Below, one piece after another: positions 16,368 through 23,963 of a stretch of DNA of 32,000 bases. Position 1 is the first letter of the stretch. Each line of letters opens with the position of its first letter. The stretch spans positions 2,610,001-2,642,000 of the forward strand of contig CP104013.1 in assembly GCA_025839675.1 (NCBI GenBank), in the 5' to 3' direction. Made by a program: the position numbers and the translations under genes. Under the pieces are notes generated by a model. The model worked only from the letters and a program-made list of their open reading frames with translations. It searched no databases and was not told where the DNA came from. Source of the DNA: Candidatus Lokiarchaeum ossiferum (GTDB lineage Archaea; Asgardarchaeota; Lokiarchaeia; Sigyniarchaeales; Promethearchaeaceae).

Positions 16368-17366
16368 ATGCGCTCTTTCGAAAGAAAAGTTCCCAAATTA
16401 ATTAAAGAAATAATTTTAAATCGGGAAGGATACCAAAATTTACCACAAATTGCCCCTTTATGGAGCGCACAGCTTGAAGAAATACAGCACTTATTTGAGA
16501 AAATACAGGCACACATTCCAAATATAGTATATTTGGAACAAATTAGTAAACATTTTTCTGATGTTCTAATCATTGGTGATATTCATGGAGACATAATGTC
16601 ACTTTTAAAGATAATTGAACCATTTCTTCAAGAACAAGTCGAGTCTTTAGTTTTTTTGGGAGATTACGTTGATCGAGGAAGGTATAATTTCCAATGTCTA
16701 TTACTAATTATTGCTTTGTCTATTGCATGGCCAGATCGAGTAATAATATTAAGAGGAAATCATGAGGATATAGATATCAATCAATTATTTGGTTTTTATC
16801 AGGAATTAGAAGCATTTTTCCCCATCACTCATGAATTTAGCAAAGTTATCGCCAGCATTAATGAAATTTATAATAATATGTCTTTAATTGCTATCACCCC
16901 CAATCATTCTATTTGCATGCATGCAGGAATTCCGAAGAATATCACAAACTTACATTTACTTAACTACTTTCCAAAACCTCATTATAATTTCTCCCAGAAT
17001 TTTAGTAACCTTTCAAAAACGGATAAAGATAAAGTATGGGAAGCTTTCGTTCAATTACGTTGGAATGATCCAACAGAAGTATATAAGTTTCCGACCGCCC
17101 GTTCTTATCATGGATATTTCTATTATAATAGAAGTGAAATTATTCGTTTTCTTAAAGAAAACCGTCAACAACGGATAATTAAGTCCCATGAATCTCTCCG
17201 AGGTGGATTTGAATCACTATTTGATTCTATGTTGCTTCACATTTTTTCTACAGAACCTTATGACTATAAAATAGAGAAAGCTTTTGTAATTCATGAATCC
17301 CCAAGTAGTCAAATCACGTTAAGGGATTTAAATTTCAATCAAGTTAAAATTTTAAATTCCCAGTAG
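16368..17366 (+). CDS. PPP-family Ser/Thr protein phosphatase (metallophosphoesterase)
   Basis: The canonical PPP motifs occur in order: GDIHGD, GDYVDRG, LRGNHE, and a later HAG(I) His. Confidence 0.88.
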   Translation: MRSFERKVPKLIKEIILNREGYQNLPQIAPLWSAQLEEIQHLFEKIQAHIPNIVYLEQISKHFSDVLIIGDIHGDIMSLLKIIEPFLQEQVESLVFLGDYVDRGRYNFQCLLLIIALSIAWPDRVIILRGNHEDIDINQLFGFYQELEAFFPITHEFSKVIASINEIYNNMSLIAITPNHSICMHAGIPKNITNLHLLNYFPKPHYNFSQNFSNLSKTDKDKVWEAFVQLRWNDPTEVYKFPTARSYHGYFYYNRSEIIRFLKENRQQRIIKSHESLRGGFESLFDSMLLHIFSTEPYDYKIEKAFVIHESPSSQITLRDLNFNQVKILNSQ

Positions 17367-17490
17367 ATATATACGTTCGGGTGCGAATATTGGCAAATTA
17401 GATCAACTAGGGAATCTCGAAAGCTCGAAATAGTGATGGGAAATTAATTAAGAAAAAAAAATGTAAACTTTGAGGATAAAATTATTTGAA

Positions 17491-17895
17491 CTAGTTGAAT
17501 CGGAGAACGAAGAGAACGATCACAAAGAGTCCGATGATTCCCATTACGCTATACATCCCAATTTTTAGATATTGAATCATTTTTTTTAGATTTTCCTTTG
17601 AGGTAGTAGTAGAGTTTGCTGGGAGTAATGCTCGTTCTTCAGGAGAAGGATTCAAAAAGCGTTTCATAATCAGAATCACCGAAATAATTCCGCTGATATC
17701 AATAATAATACCAGGAATGATCCAGAGGAAGGAAGGAGTATAATTGAATTGACCTCTTTCATCAAAAAAGAAAAAAATCCAAATAAATATAAAGATCAAA
17801 CTAAATATAATCAAAATTAAGCCAAGAATCAATAAGCGAAGTAATTGCTGGAAGGAGTAGGTTTTTTTTTCTTTCTGATCCGAATGCATTTTCAT
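17491..17895 (-). CDS. hypothetical membrane protein (about 3 TM helices)
   Basis: 134 aa with three long hydrophobic stretches (LILGLILIIFSLIFIFIWIFFFF, WIIPGIIIDISGIISVILI, MYSVMGIIGLFVIVLFVL). Confidence 0.7.
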   Translation of the reverse strand: MKMHSDQKEKKTYSFQQLLRLLILGLILIIFSLIFIFIWIFFFFDERGQFNYTPSFLWIIPGIIIDISGIISVILIMKRFLNPSPEERALLPANSTTTSKENLKKMIQYLKIGMYSVMGIIGLFVIVLFVLRFN

Positions 17896-18035
17896 CTGAA
17901 GGGATTAATGTAAAATTCCATTAAATATCTGATCATATCTTACTGGAGATTAATTTAGCGTTTTTATGAACTTTGATTGTTTCCAAAATCATAAAATTTT
18001 TTGGAGATGGTTAACTTTCTTATCATGAACAAGAA

Positions 18036-18656
18036 ATGGGTAGACGAAAACGAAAGAAAATAACCTATCGCCCGGTAAGATCATTGCCTAAAATCTTTAC
18101 ATGTCCGAAATGTGGACATAAGACTATGAAAGCAAACTTGAAACATGCAGAAGATCGAGTGTTAATAGTTTGTGGGCATTGTGGAGAACAACAAGCAGTA
18201 GGAAAACATGAATTAACCGAACCCGTTGATGCTTTCGGTGATTTTATTGATATTTATTATAAAGATCAAGAATATGAACGATTAACCAGAAGAGAAGAAA
18301 AATTACTGGAAAAACAACAATATTCTGAATTAAGTCTAGTTTATTCCTTTCTCAGCGACACTGCACAAATCAATGCGGATAAAGCCCTTGAAGAGTATGA
18401 GTTAAATAAAGATCCGGAAGATCTTTCTAACGCTGAACAATGGCAAGAAACCGCCCGTCAATATAAAGAAAATGAAAAGAAATTAACTGAACAGTTGAAA
18501 TCTGGGGTGATTGTCGACGCTGAGCTTGAAGACGAAGTTTATGACGAAATTGAAGACAATCCCTTCGATGAAGGAGAAGCGAAGATTTCAGAAAAACCGA
18601 AACGGAAATCCAACATCGAAGATGTCTTGGGTGATTTAGGTTTCTTAGAATTTTAG
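18036..18656 (+). CDS. elf1: transcription elongation factor Elf1 homolog with a long acidic C-terminal extension
   Basis: MGRRKRKK...FTCPKCGHKT...VCGHCGEQQAV..HELTEPVDAFGDFIDIYY parallels eukaryotic Elf1: a basic N-tail, a C4 zinc ribbon and the L(S/T)EPVDVYxDWID block. About 130 additional E/D/K-rich residues follow. Confidence 0.85.
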   Translation: MGRRKRKKITYRPVRSLPKIFTCPKCGHKTMKANLKHAEDRVLIVCGHCGEQQAVGKHELTEPVDAFGDFIDIYYKDQEYERLTRREEKLLEKQQYSELSLVYSFLSDTAQINADKALEEYELNKDPEDLSNAEQWQETARQYKENEKKLTEQLKSGVIVDAELEDEVYDEIEDNPFDEGEAKISEKPKRKSNIEDVLGDLGFLEF

Positions 18657-18663
18657 TTTCCCC

Positions 18664-18669
18664 TTTTTT
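18664..18669 (+). terminator. oligo-T tract after elf1
   Basis: CCCCTTTTTTATC begins a few nt after the TAG stop. Confidence 0.35.
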
Positions 18670-18798
18670 ATCTTTCTCCCATTGATTAGAAAATTTTTGT
18701 CATGGGTTTTTTACCAATAAAAACATATTAATAAATATAGGGTTTTTTCATGTTTCAATGAAAAAACGTAAAATTAAGGACTTTAGGCGATTAAACGA

Positions 18799-19257
18799 AT
18801 GGCAGAAGAATTCTTCAATACAATGAACACATACTCTGAGCAGCCTTTAAAAGAACGCGTGGAAGGTTTAGCTGATGTGATTGAGAAAATCATGTCGATA
18901 ACATTAAAAATTCCAGAGATGACAGATGCTTCAATTCAAATCTTAAACTCAAGTATAACAAACCTGTCAACCAAAGTTTCAAGCATTGAGGCACGATTAA
19001 ATCAATTGGATTCAAAATTAACAACATTACAATCTTCCGGGGGAATTGCTGCCCCAGCAAATGGATCTGCACCACCACCACCTCCAGGAAGAACTCCTGG
19101 ATCTCCACCACCTCCCCCTGGAAGAGCCCCTCCACCTCCAGGCAGAGCCCCCCCTGCTCAAGCACCAGCAAATCCTGTATCACTTCGTGGAAGTATAATG
19201 GATGAATTGAAAACTCTGTTTAGTAAGCGTCGAACTGATGACGATGATGATGATTAA
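18799..19257 (+). CDS. coiled-coil, polyproline, amphipathic-helix, hexa-Asp protein
   Basis: 152 aa. The N-terminus is heptad-like (ITNLSTKVSSIEARLNQLDSKLTTLQ). Next comes APPPPPGRTPGSPPPPPGRAPPPPGRAPPAQAP (nt 19051-19176), a GC-rich island. Then SLRGSIMDELKTLFSKRR (19177-19236) and a terminal DDDDDD (19237-19254). Confidence 0.85.
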   Translation: MAEEFFNTMNTYSEQPLKERVEGLADVIEKIMSITLKIPEMTDASIQILNSSITNLSTKVSSIEARLNQLDSKLTTLQSSGGIAAPANGSAPPPPPGRTPGSPPPPPGRAPPPPGRAPPAQAPANPVSLRGSIMDELKTLFSKRRTDDDDDD

Positions 19258-19307
19258 TCATCTTCTTTTTTCACTTAAAATGGCCCCTATTAAGTTGATT
19301 GCCTAAA

Positions 19308-20222
19308 ATGGAAGATTCTCACTTAACCCCACCACATCCGAAGCCGGAATTTATTCCTCAAGTGAGTCTTCTTCAAATTATTGGATATTTTTTCTTTATT
19401 GTGGCAATTTGGGCAATACCTATTGCAAGCGTACTGATGTTAGGTATTATTTACATTAAACGAGTATTGATCCCAGATATCCAGATCTATGCAAATCCAT
19501 TATTGGTAGTTCAAAATGCATTTAATGGAAATGTAAAATTTCTTCTTATATCTCTCGCTACTCCAGCAGGAATATTGTTACTTTACTTATTTGAACTATT
19601 TTTAGTGGCTCTATTGACAAAAATATTCATTGGATACTGTAATTATCTCTCTCCAGAAAAAGAAATGGTGGGAGCAAAGGGTTTAGGAGGAGATGAACAA
19701 CGAGATGTGGACATATATCATTTACGTGGAGCTATTTATCGGATTATGAAATGGATTTTTGCACGATGTCCTTTTCCCTGGTTAATAAAATGGGCTTTTT
19801 CTTTTGCAGGAAACAACAAATATGGAAAGGGAACTGTGCTTGAGGATCAATATTATTGTCAAGAATTCTTTGAAACTGGAGAAAATGTCTATATAGACAA
19901 ATTAGCAATTGTTAGTTCCCATTTAGTAGAAGGAGCATATGGAGCAATTACTTTAAAGAAGGTTCATGTTGGAGATAATTGTGTCATTGGGGCTAACGTC
20001 GGTGTTTCACCAGGGGCATTTATGGAACCAAATTCTGAAATTGTGAATAATTCCATGGTTCCCAAGTTTAAGAAGTTCAAGTCTGGGGCAAAATATCATG
20101 GGATTCCCGTAAAAAAAATGAGTCTTGAAGAATATGAACAATTATTACATTTAACGACAACGGATAAATCAAATCCCGCTAATATTAAACAAATTCAACA
20201 GAATGAAACAGAACAAAGGTAA
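19308..20222 (+). CDS. membrane-anchored hexapeptide-repeat (left-handed beta-helix) protein, type A, copy 1
   Basis: The track start is TTG 19299, with an ATG at 19308. Two N-terminal TM helices are followed by PFPWL and imperfect hexapeptide repeats (GKGTVLEDQ...GENVYIDKLAIVSSHLVEGAYGAITLKKVHVGDNCVIGANVGVSPGAFMEPNSEIV). Confidence 0.8.
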   Translation: MEDSHLTPPHPKPEFIPQVSLLQIIGYFFFIVAIWAIPIASVLMLGIIYIKRVLIPDIQIYANPLLVVQNAFNGNVKFLLISLATPAGILLLYLFELFLVALLTKIFIGYCNYLSPEKEMVGAKGLGGDEQRDVDIYHLRGAIYRIMKWIFARCPFPWLIKWAFSFAGNNKYGKGTVLEDQYYCQEFFETGENVYIDKLAIVSSHLVEGAYGAITLKKVHVGDNCVIGANVGVSPGAFMEPNSEIVNNSMVPKFKKFKSGAKYHGIPVKKMSLEEYEQLLHLTTTDKSNPANIKQIQQNETEQR

Positions 20223-20231
20223 CAGAAAAAA

Positions 20232-21434
20232 ATGTCGAGTACAGTACCAACAACATTACGGGCTGGTCCCGCAACAACAAATACATTGGCGTCACAAAGT
20301 TTTACTGCAATATATGGACTGATCATATGGTTAGCTTTAATTCCATGCTTCTTTCTAACCACCAAACTAATTACATTATTTGATGATACCCTTCTTTTTA
20401 TTGCCCTGATTTTACCAATCTTTATATTCCTAATCTATTTTATTTTTTTTGTTTCAGTAATTCTTTGGTCTGCGGTAATTCTCAAAACAGTTAATTTGAT
20501 TCATACTCCCAAGGAAGGAATTTTTCCACGAGATAATAAAAACCGCGATTATAAATTCTGGAGTTTACGAGCAGTAATAAAAAAATTTCCATTATGGGTG
20601 TGCCATAATGTCGGTCCCTTCCCATGGACTGATGTTTTTGCTATGAAAGTATTTGGAAATCATGTGACCTATAAGTCTCCAGTGTTTGATGCTTGGGTTG
20701 ATGCAGAATTCATGGATATCGGACGGGGCACAACTATCGGTCAAGGGGTGGTTATTATGACATCAATGATCACTACCGACTTTTTAATAATCAAAAGAGT
20801 AAAAATTGGCAAAAATGCGGTGATTGGAGCGCATTCGGTAATATCACCTGGAACAAAAATAGGAGATAATGCCATTATTGGAGCTTTAAGTGCCACTGAG
20901 ATTGACCAGGAAATAGAAAGTGATTTTGTGTATATGGGGAATCCGGCAAGAAAAATCCGAAAAGCTGCATTCAAAATTAAAGATGAGCTATCGGCCCATG
21001 AACGAGCCCTTCAGAAGAAATATGATGAAATTAAAGCGAAAATTCCTGAAATTGAGCCAAAAAGACATATTGTCGGTACTAAAGCAAGTTTGCAATTGCA
21101 TAAAAGTGAATTCAAGGAAAAACGAGCGATGCATCACGAAGAAAAAGCATATGTTAAACAAGCTAAAGCGAAATCCAAAGCTCGTAAAAGTGAATATAAG
21201 ATTGAAAGACTACAATTTAAAGCAGATAAGCATATTTATAAAGCAGAAAAGCAGAAATATGAATCCATTTTAGCTATGCAAAAAGCTCAGCGGGCAATTA
21301 ATGAAAAGATCGAAAAAGATCGCCATAAATTGCAAAAAATAGAAAATACGGAGAGAGAGAGAGAAATCAAAGATAAACGTCATATAACTTTCCGATTAAA
21401 AAAGAAATCAACCGAAACTAAGGCGGAAGAATAA
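20232..21434 (+). CDS. membrane-anchored hexapeptide-repeat protein, type B, copy 1, with a K/R/E-rich coiled-coil tail
   Basis: The conserved N-peptide MSSTVPTTLRAGPATTNTL is followed by 2-3 TM helices, FWSLR...PFPW, and LbH repeats (IGRGTTIGQGVVI...VKIGKNAVIGAHSVISPGTKIGDNAIIGALS...YMGNPA). A ~160-aa charged tail follows. The start lies 9 nt after the A1 stop. Confidence 0.85.
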   Translation: MSSTVPTTLRAGPATTNTLASQSFTAIYGLIIWLALIPCFFLTTKLITLFDDTLLFIALILPIFIFLIYFIFFVSVILWSAVILKTVNLIHTPKEGIFPRDNKNRDYKFWSLRAVIKKFPLWVCHNVGPFPWTDVFAMKVFGNHVTYKSPVFDAWVDAEFMDIGRGTTIGQGVVIMTSMITTDFLIIKRVKIGKNAVIGAHSVISPGTKIGDNAIIGALSATEIDQEIESDFVYMGNPARKIRKAAFKIKDELSAHERALQKKYDEIKAKIPEIEPKRHIVGTKASLQLHKSEFKEKRAMHHEEKAYVKQAKAKSKARKSEYKIERLQFKADKHIYKAEKQKYESILAMQKAQRAINEKIEKDRHKLQKIENTEREREIKDKRHITFRLKKKSTETKAEE

Positions 21435-21502
21435 GTTTTCTTTTTTTTTATTTACAACCAAATGCTTTTTTAATTCGCTTAACTTTAAATTACTCGATTT
21501 TC

Positions 21503-22417
21503 ATGGAAGAAGCGGGTGAAGAAAAACAAACAAATTCAAATTCTTCACAAGGATTTATTCCTCGAGCCAGATTAGAATTGGATAAATATTTTATTGTTAT
21601 TGTGCTTATATGGGGATATTCTTGGCTTATTCCAGTTGCGATTCTTTATCAGTACTACAATTTATTAATTCAACCAGACCTACACATTTATGCTAGTGTC
21701 ATCCAAATTTTTTCTTCTGAAAAATACATTTTAGTTTTTTTTCTTTCCCCAGTTGTTCTTATTGGACTTTACCTATTTAGGTTGTTTTTCGTAATTTTGT
21801 TCAGTAAAATTGCAATTTGGTTATGCAACCTCCGATCTCCCATGAAAGAATTAATTGCATCAAAGGGAATTGGGAAGGAAGAAGCAAGAGACATTAATAT
21901 TTATCATCTAAGGGGGATGATCCTTAGGATATTAAAATGGGAAATCAGTAAATCTCCTTTTCCATGGTTAGTTCCTGCAGCGTTTAACTTTGTGAATGTG
22001 AGTGAAATTGGTAAGGGAACCACTTTGGAAGATCAATTTTACACGCAAGAATTTCTCGAAACGGGAGAAAATGCATATATTGGCCAAGGATCAATAGTTA
22101 GTTCGCATTTGGTTGAGGGAAAATATGGCGCAATCACTTTGAAAAAAGTTAGAATTGGTCAAAATGCAGTTCTTGGACCATTTAATCCAATTTCTCCAGG
22201 AGCTTTGATAGGAGACTATGCTGAATTCTTACCAATGAGCGGAGTTGCTAAATTTCAAAAAGTTCGTGGATTTTCAAAATATTATGGGCTCCCAGTTGCG
22301 AGAATCAGTACCAAGCGATATATTAAAATGTGTCAAATTCCCCCAGAATTAGAATTTCGCGTTCGAGACACAAAATTATTAAAAAGAAAAGTTAAAAAGA
22401 AGAAAACGGAAGAATAA
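21503..22417 (+). CDS. membrane-anchored hexapeptide-repeat protein, type A, copy 2
   Basis: Collinear with 19308..20222 and roughly half identical by eye, e.g. IYHLRG..L.I.KW......PFPWL, GKGT.LEDQ.Y.QEF.ETGEN.YI, IVSSHLVEG.YGAITLKKV. Confidence 0.85.
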   Translation: MEEAGEEKQTNSNSSQGFIPRARLELDKYFIVIVLIWGYSWLIPVAILYQYYNLLIQPDLHIYASVIQIFSSEKYILVFFLSPVVLIGLYLFRLFFVILFSKIAIWLCNLRSPMKELIASKGIGKEEARDINIYHLRGMILRILKWEISKSPFPWLVPAAFNFVNVSEIGKGTTLEDQFYTQEFLETGENAYIGQGSIVSSHLVEGKYGAITLKKVRIGQNAVLGPFNPISPGALIGDYAEFLPMSGVAKFQKVRGFSKYYGLPVARISTKRYIKMCQIPPELEFRVRDTKLLKRKVKKKKTEE

Positions 22418-22421
22418 CATC

Positions 22422-23594
22422 ATGTCAAGTAGCATCCCAGCCAGTTTAAAATCTGGACCGAGCACAACAAATACTTTAGTTTCCAAAGGATATTTAGTAA
22501 TCTATTTCATTATAATGTGGTTGTCTATTATGCCTCCATTTCTACTAACTTTGATATTTCTTGATAACTTTAAAATTGAAATGGTATATCTTCTCTGGAG
22601 TTTTCCCTTATTTTTAATAATTGGATATCTTGTTTTATTTTTCTCGGTGATTTTTTGGTCTTGGGTAATTTTAAAGGTCGTAAATTGGATCCATCCTCCA
22701 AAAGAAGGCGTGTTTCCACGTGAAGCAAAGAATAAAGATTTCCGATTTTGGAGTTTAAGATCGGTGATTAAGAAACTACCGCTTTGGATCTCCCACAATT
22801 CCCCCATACCATGGGGAGATTCCATCGCATTTAAGTTGTTTGGGAATCATGTTTCCATGAAGACACCGTTGTTTGATGCTTGGATCGATGCAGAATTCTT
22901 AGAAATAGGTACAGGGACAACGATTGGTCAAGGTGCAGTAATCATGACTTCAATGATCACCGTGGAATTTCTAATCATAAAACCGGTCAAAATCGGAAAG
23001 GATTGTCTCATTGGAGCTCACTCCGTTGTATCTCCAGGAACTCAAATAGAAGATCAAGTTATTTTGGGAGCATTAAGTAGTACGACTTTAGGGCAACACC
23101 TAGAGAGCAGCTGGGTTTATTGGGGTAATCCAGCCATAAAATTTAAAGAAATGGCATTTAGAGAACGTGATACATTATCTCCTGAAGAAAGAGCGAAAAT
23201 GAAAAAATATCGAGAAGTCACCGAAGAGTTATCGGATACTGCGGAATTAAAAGGTCGTAAAAGTGCGAAGGCGTTTATTCAAATTCAAAAGAGTGATTAT
23301 AAGGAGCGAAAAGCCTCAAGATTGCAGGCAAGATCAGATTATCAAAGATCAAAAGCCGCATATAAGGCACGTAAACTTGAATTACGCGCAGACAAGAAGC
23401 AAATTAGAGCAGAAAAACAAAGCTTTGACTCATTACGTGCTTTAGAAAAAGCTAAACTTTCGTTGGAAGCAAAAATTCAGAAAAACCGTAGTAAATTAGA
23501 TAGCATCGAAAAGAAAGAATTTGAGAAGGAATCGAAACGATTAGAAAAAAAAAGACTCAAAAAAGAGCGAAAACTGCAACATCATCAAAAATAA
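22422..23594 (+). CDS. membrane-anchored hexapeptide-repeat protein, type B, copy 2, with a K/R/E-rich coiled-coil tail
   Basis: Collinear with 20232..21434, e.g. MSSSIPASLKSGPSTTNTL, PKEG.FPR, FWSLR.VIKK.PLW, FDAW.DAEF..IG.GTTIGQG.VIMTSMIT, IGAHSV.SPGT, GNPA. It has an equivalent charged tail. The start lies 4 nt after the A2 stop. Confidence 0.87.
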   Translation: MSSSIPASLKSGPSTTNTLVSKGYLVIYFIIMWLSIMPPFLLTLIFLDNFKIEMVYLLWSFPLFLIIGYLVLFFSVIFWSWVILKVVNWIHPPKEGVFPREAKNKDFRFWSLRSVIKKLPLWISHNSPIPWGDSIAFKLFGNHVSMKTPLFDAWIDAEFLEIGTGTTIGQGAVIMTSMITVEFLIIKPVKIGKDCLIGAHSVVSPGTQIEDQVILGALSSTTLGQHLESSWVYWGNPAIKFKEMAFRERDTLSPEERAKMKKYREVTEELSDTAELKGRKSAKAFIQIQKSDYKERKASRLQARSDYQRSKAAYKARKLELRADKKQIRAEKQSFDSLRALEKAKLSLEAKIQKNRSKLDSIEKKEFEKESKRLEKKRLKKERKLQHHQK

Positions 23595-23639
23595 GGTAAT
23601 AAACACCTCATTCCTAGTGAAAATTTGTTCTTTCCTGTT

Positions 23640-23690
23640 AAAAAATTTTTAAAAAATTTTTAAAATGCCAATGCAATAATTATATAGAGA
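23640..23690 (+). promoter_or_regulatory. phased A/T-tract repeat plus TATA-like sequences upstream of the zinc-ribbon/ABC importer genes
   Basis: A6T5-A6T5-A4 (23640-23665) is two 11-bp units, a helical-repeat phasing that suggests bent DNA. TTTTAAAA is centred about 31 nt upstream of the ATG at 23692, and ATTATATAG lies closer. Confidence 0.3.
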
Positions 23691-23691
23691 A

Positions 23692-23961
23692 ATGAGCCTT
23701 GATAATTTTGGAGTGAAGAGCACTCGGAAAAAAACCGACCCAAAAAAGAAAAAAAACACAACTCCGGTGAAGAAGAGAAAAAAAGAGTCCATAGCTCCAA
23801 ATACTCCTTCTCCCAAAGTGGCGAATACGAGAAAAAAATATTTCCTTAAATGTTCGACAAAGTGTGGCTATAAAAGGACTTTAAAAAAACGTTCTCTTTC
23901 TGATAATGACTACACGTGTCGCAAGTGTGGAGCATCAATGAAATTATATAAGGAAGAATAA
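23692..23961 (+). CDS. small basic protein with a C-terminal C4 zinc ribbon
   Basis: 89 aa. The N-terminal half is Lys-rich and probably disordered (RKKTDPKKKKNTTPVKKRKKE). It ends CSTKC...x16...CRKC. Its stop is 2 nt before the next ATG. Confidence 0.7.
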   Translation: MSLDNFGVKSTRKKTDPKKKKNTTPVKKRKKESIAPNTPSPKVANTRKKYFLKCSTKCGYKRTLKKRSLSDNDYTCRKCGASMKLYKEE

Positions 23962-23963
23962 AA

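Noticed and set aside
16301-16573. A 90-aa minus-strand ORF overlapping the 5' end of the PPP phosphatase gene.
   Set aside because: It overlaps the well-supported phosphatase ORF by about 200 nt, has a Cys/Ile/Ser-rich nonsense-like sequence, and would need to start inside that gene.
17367-17490. A possible small RNA (C/D-box-like GTGATGG, relatively GC-richer segment cgttcgggtgcgaat...ctcgaaagctcg) between convergent genes.
   Set aside because: No matching D box (CTGA) or C'/D' pair occurs at the right spacing on either strand. There is no terminal stem and no tRNA-like T-arm or anticodon-arm sequence.
19051-19176. The GC-rich island as a horizontally acquired or repetitive DNA insert.
   Set aside because: The GC excess is fully explained by in-frame Pro/Gly/Ala/Arg codons (CCN, GGN, GCN, AGA) of the PPPPPGR repeats. 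The reading frame is continuous with the AT-rich flanks.
19308-23594. Bactofilin-like cytoskeletal beta-helix proteins as the identity of the four repeat proteins.
   Set aside because: The repeat periodicity and residues ([LIV]-G-x-x-[STAV]-x hexapeptides, the conserved GAHS...PG, and the terminal GNPA/GIPV) are those of left-handed beta-helix acyltransferase folds. They do not match the bactofilin DUF583 pattern, and bactofilins lack N-terminal multi-TM anchors.
23640-23665. The A6T5 A6T5 tandem unit as a CRISPR-like or satellite repeat.
   Set aside because: There are only two 11-bp units of pure A/T. The tract is better explained as a phased A-tract or TATA-rich promoter region in an AT-rich genome.
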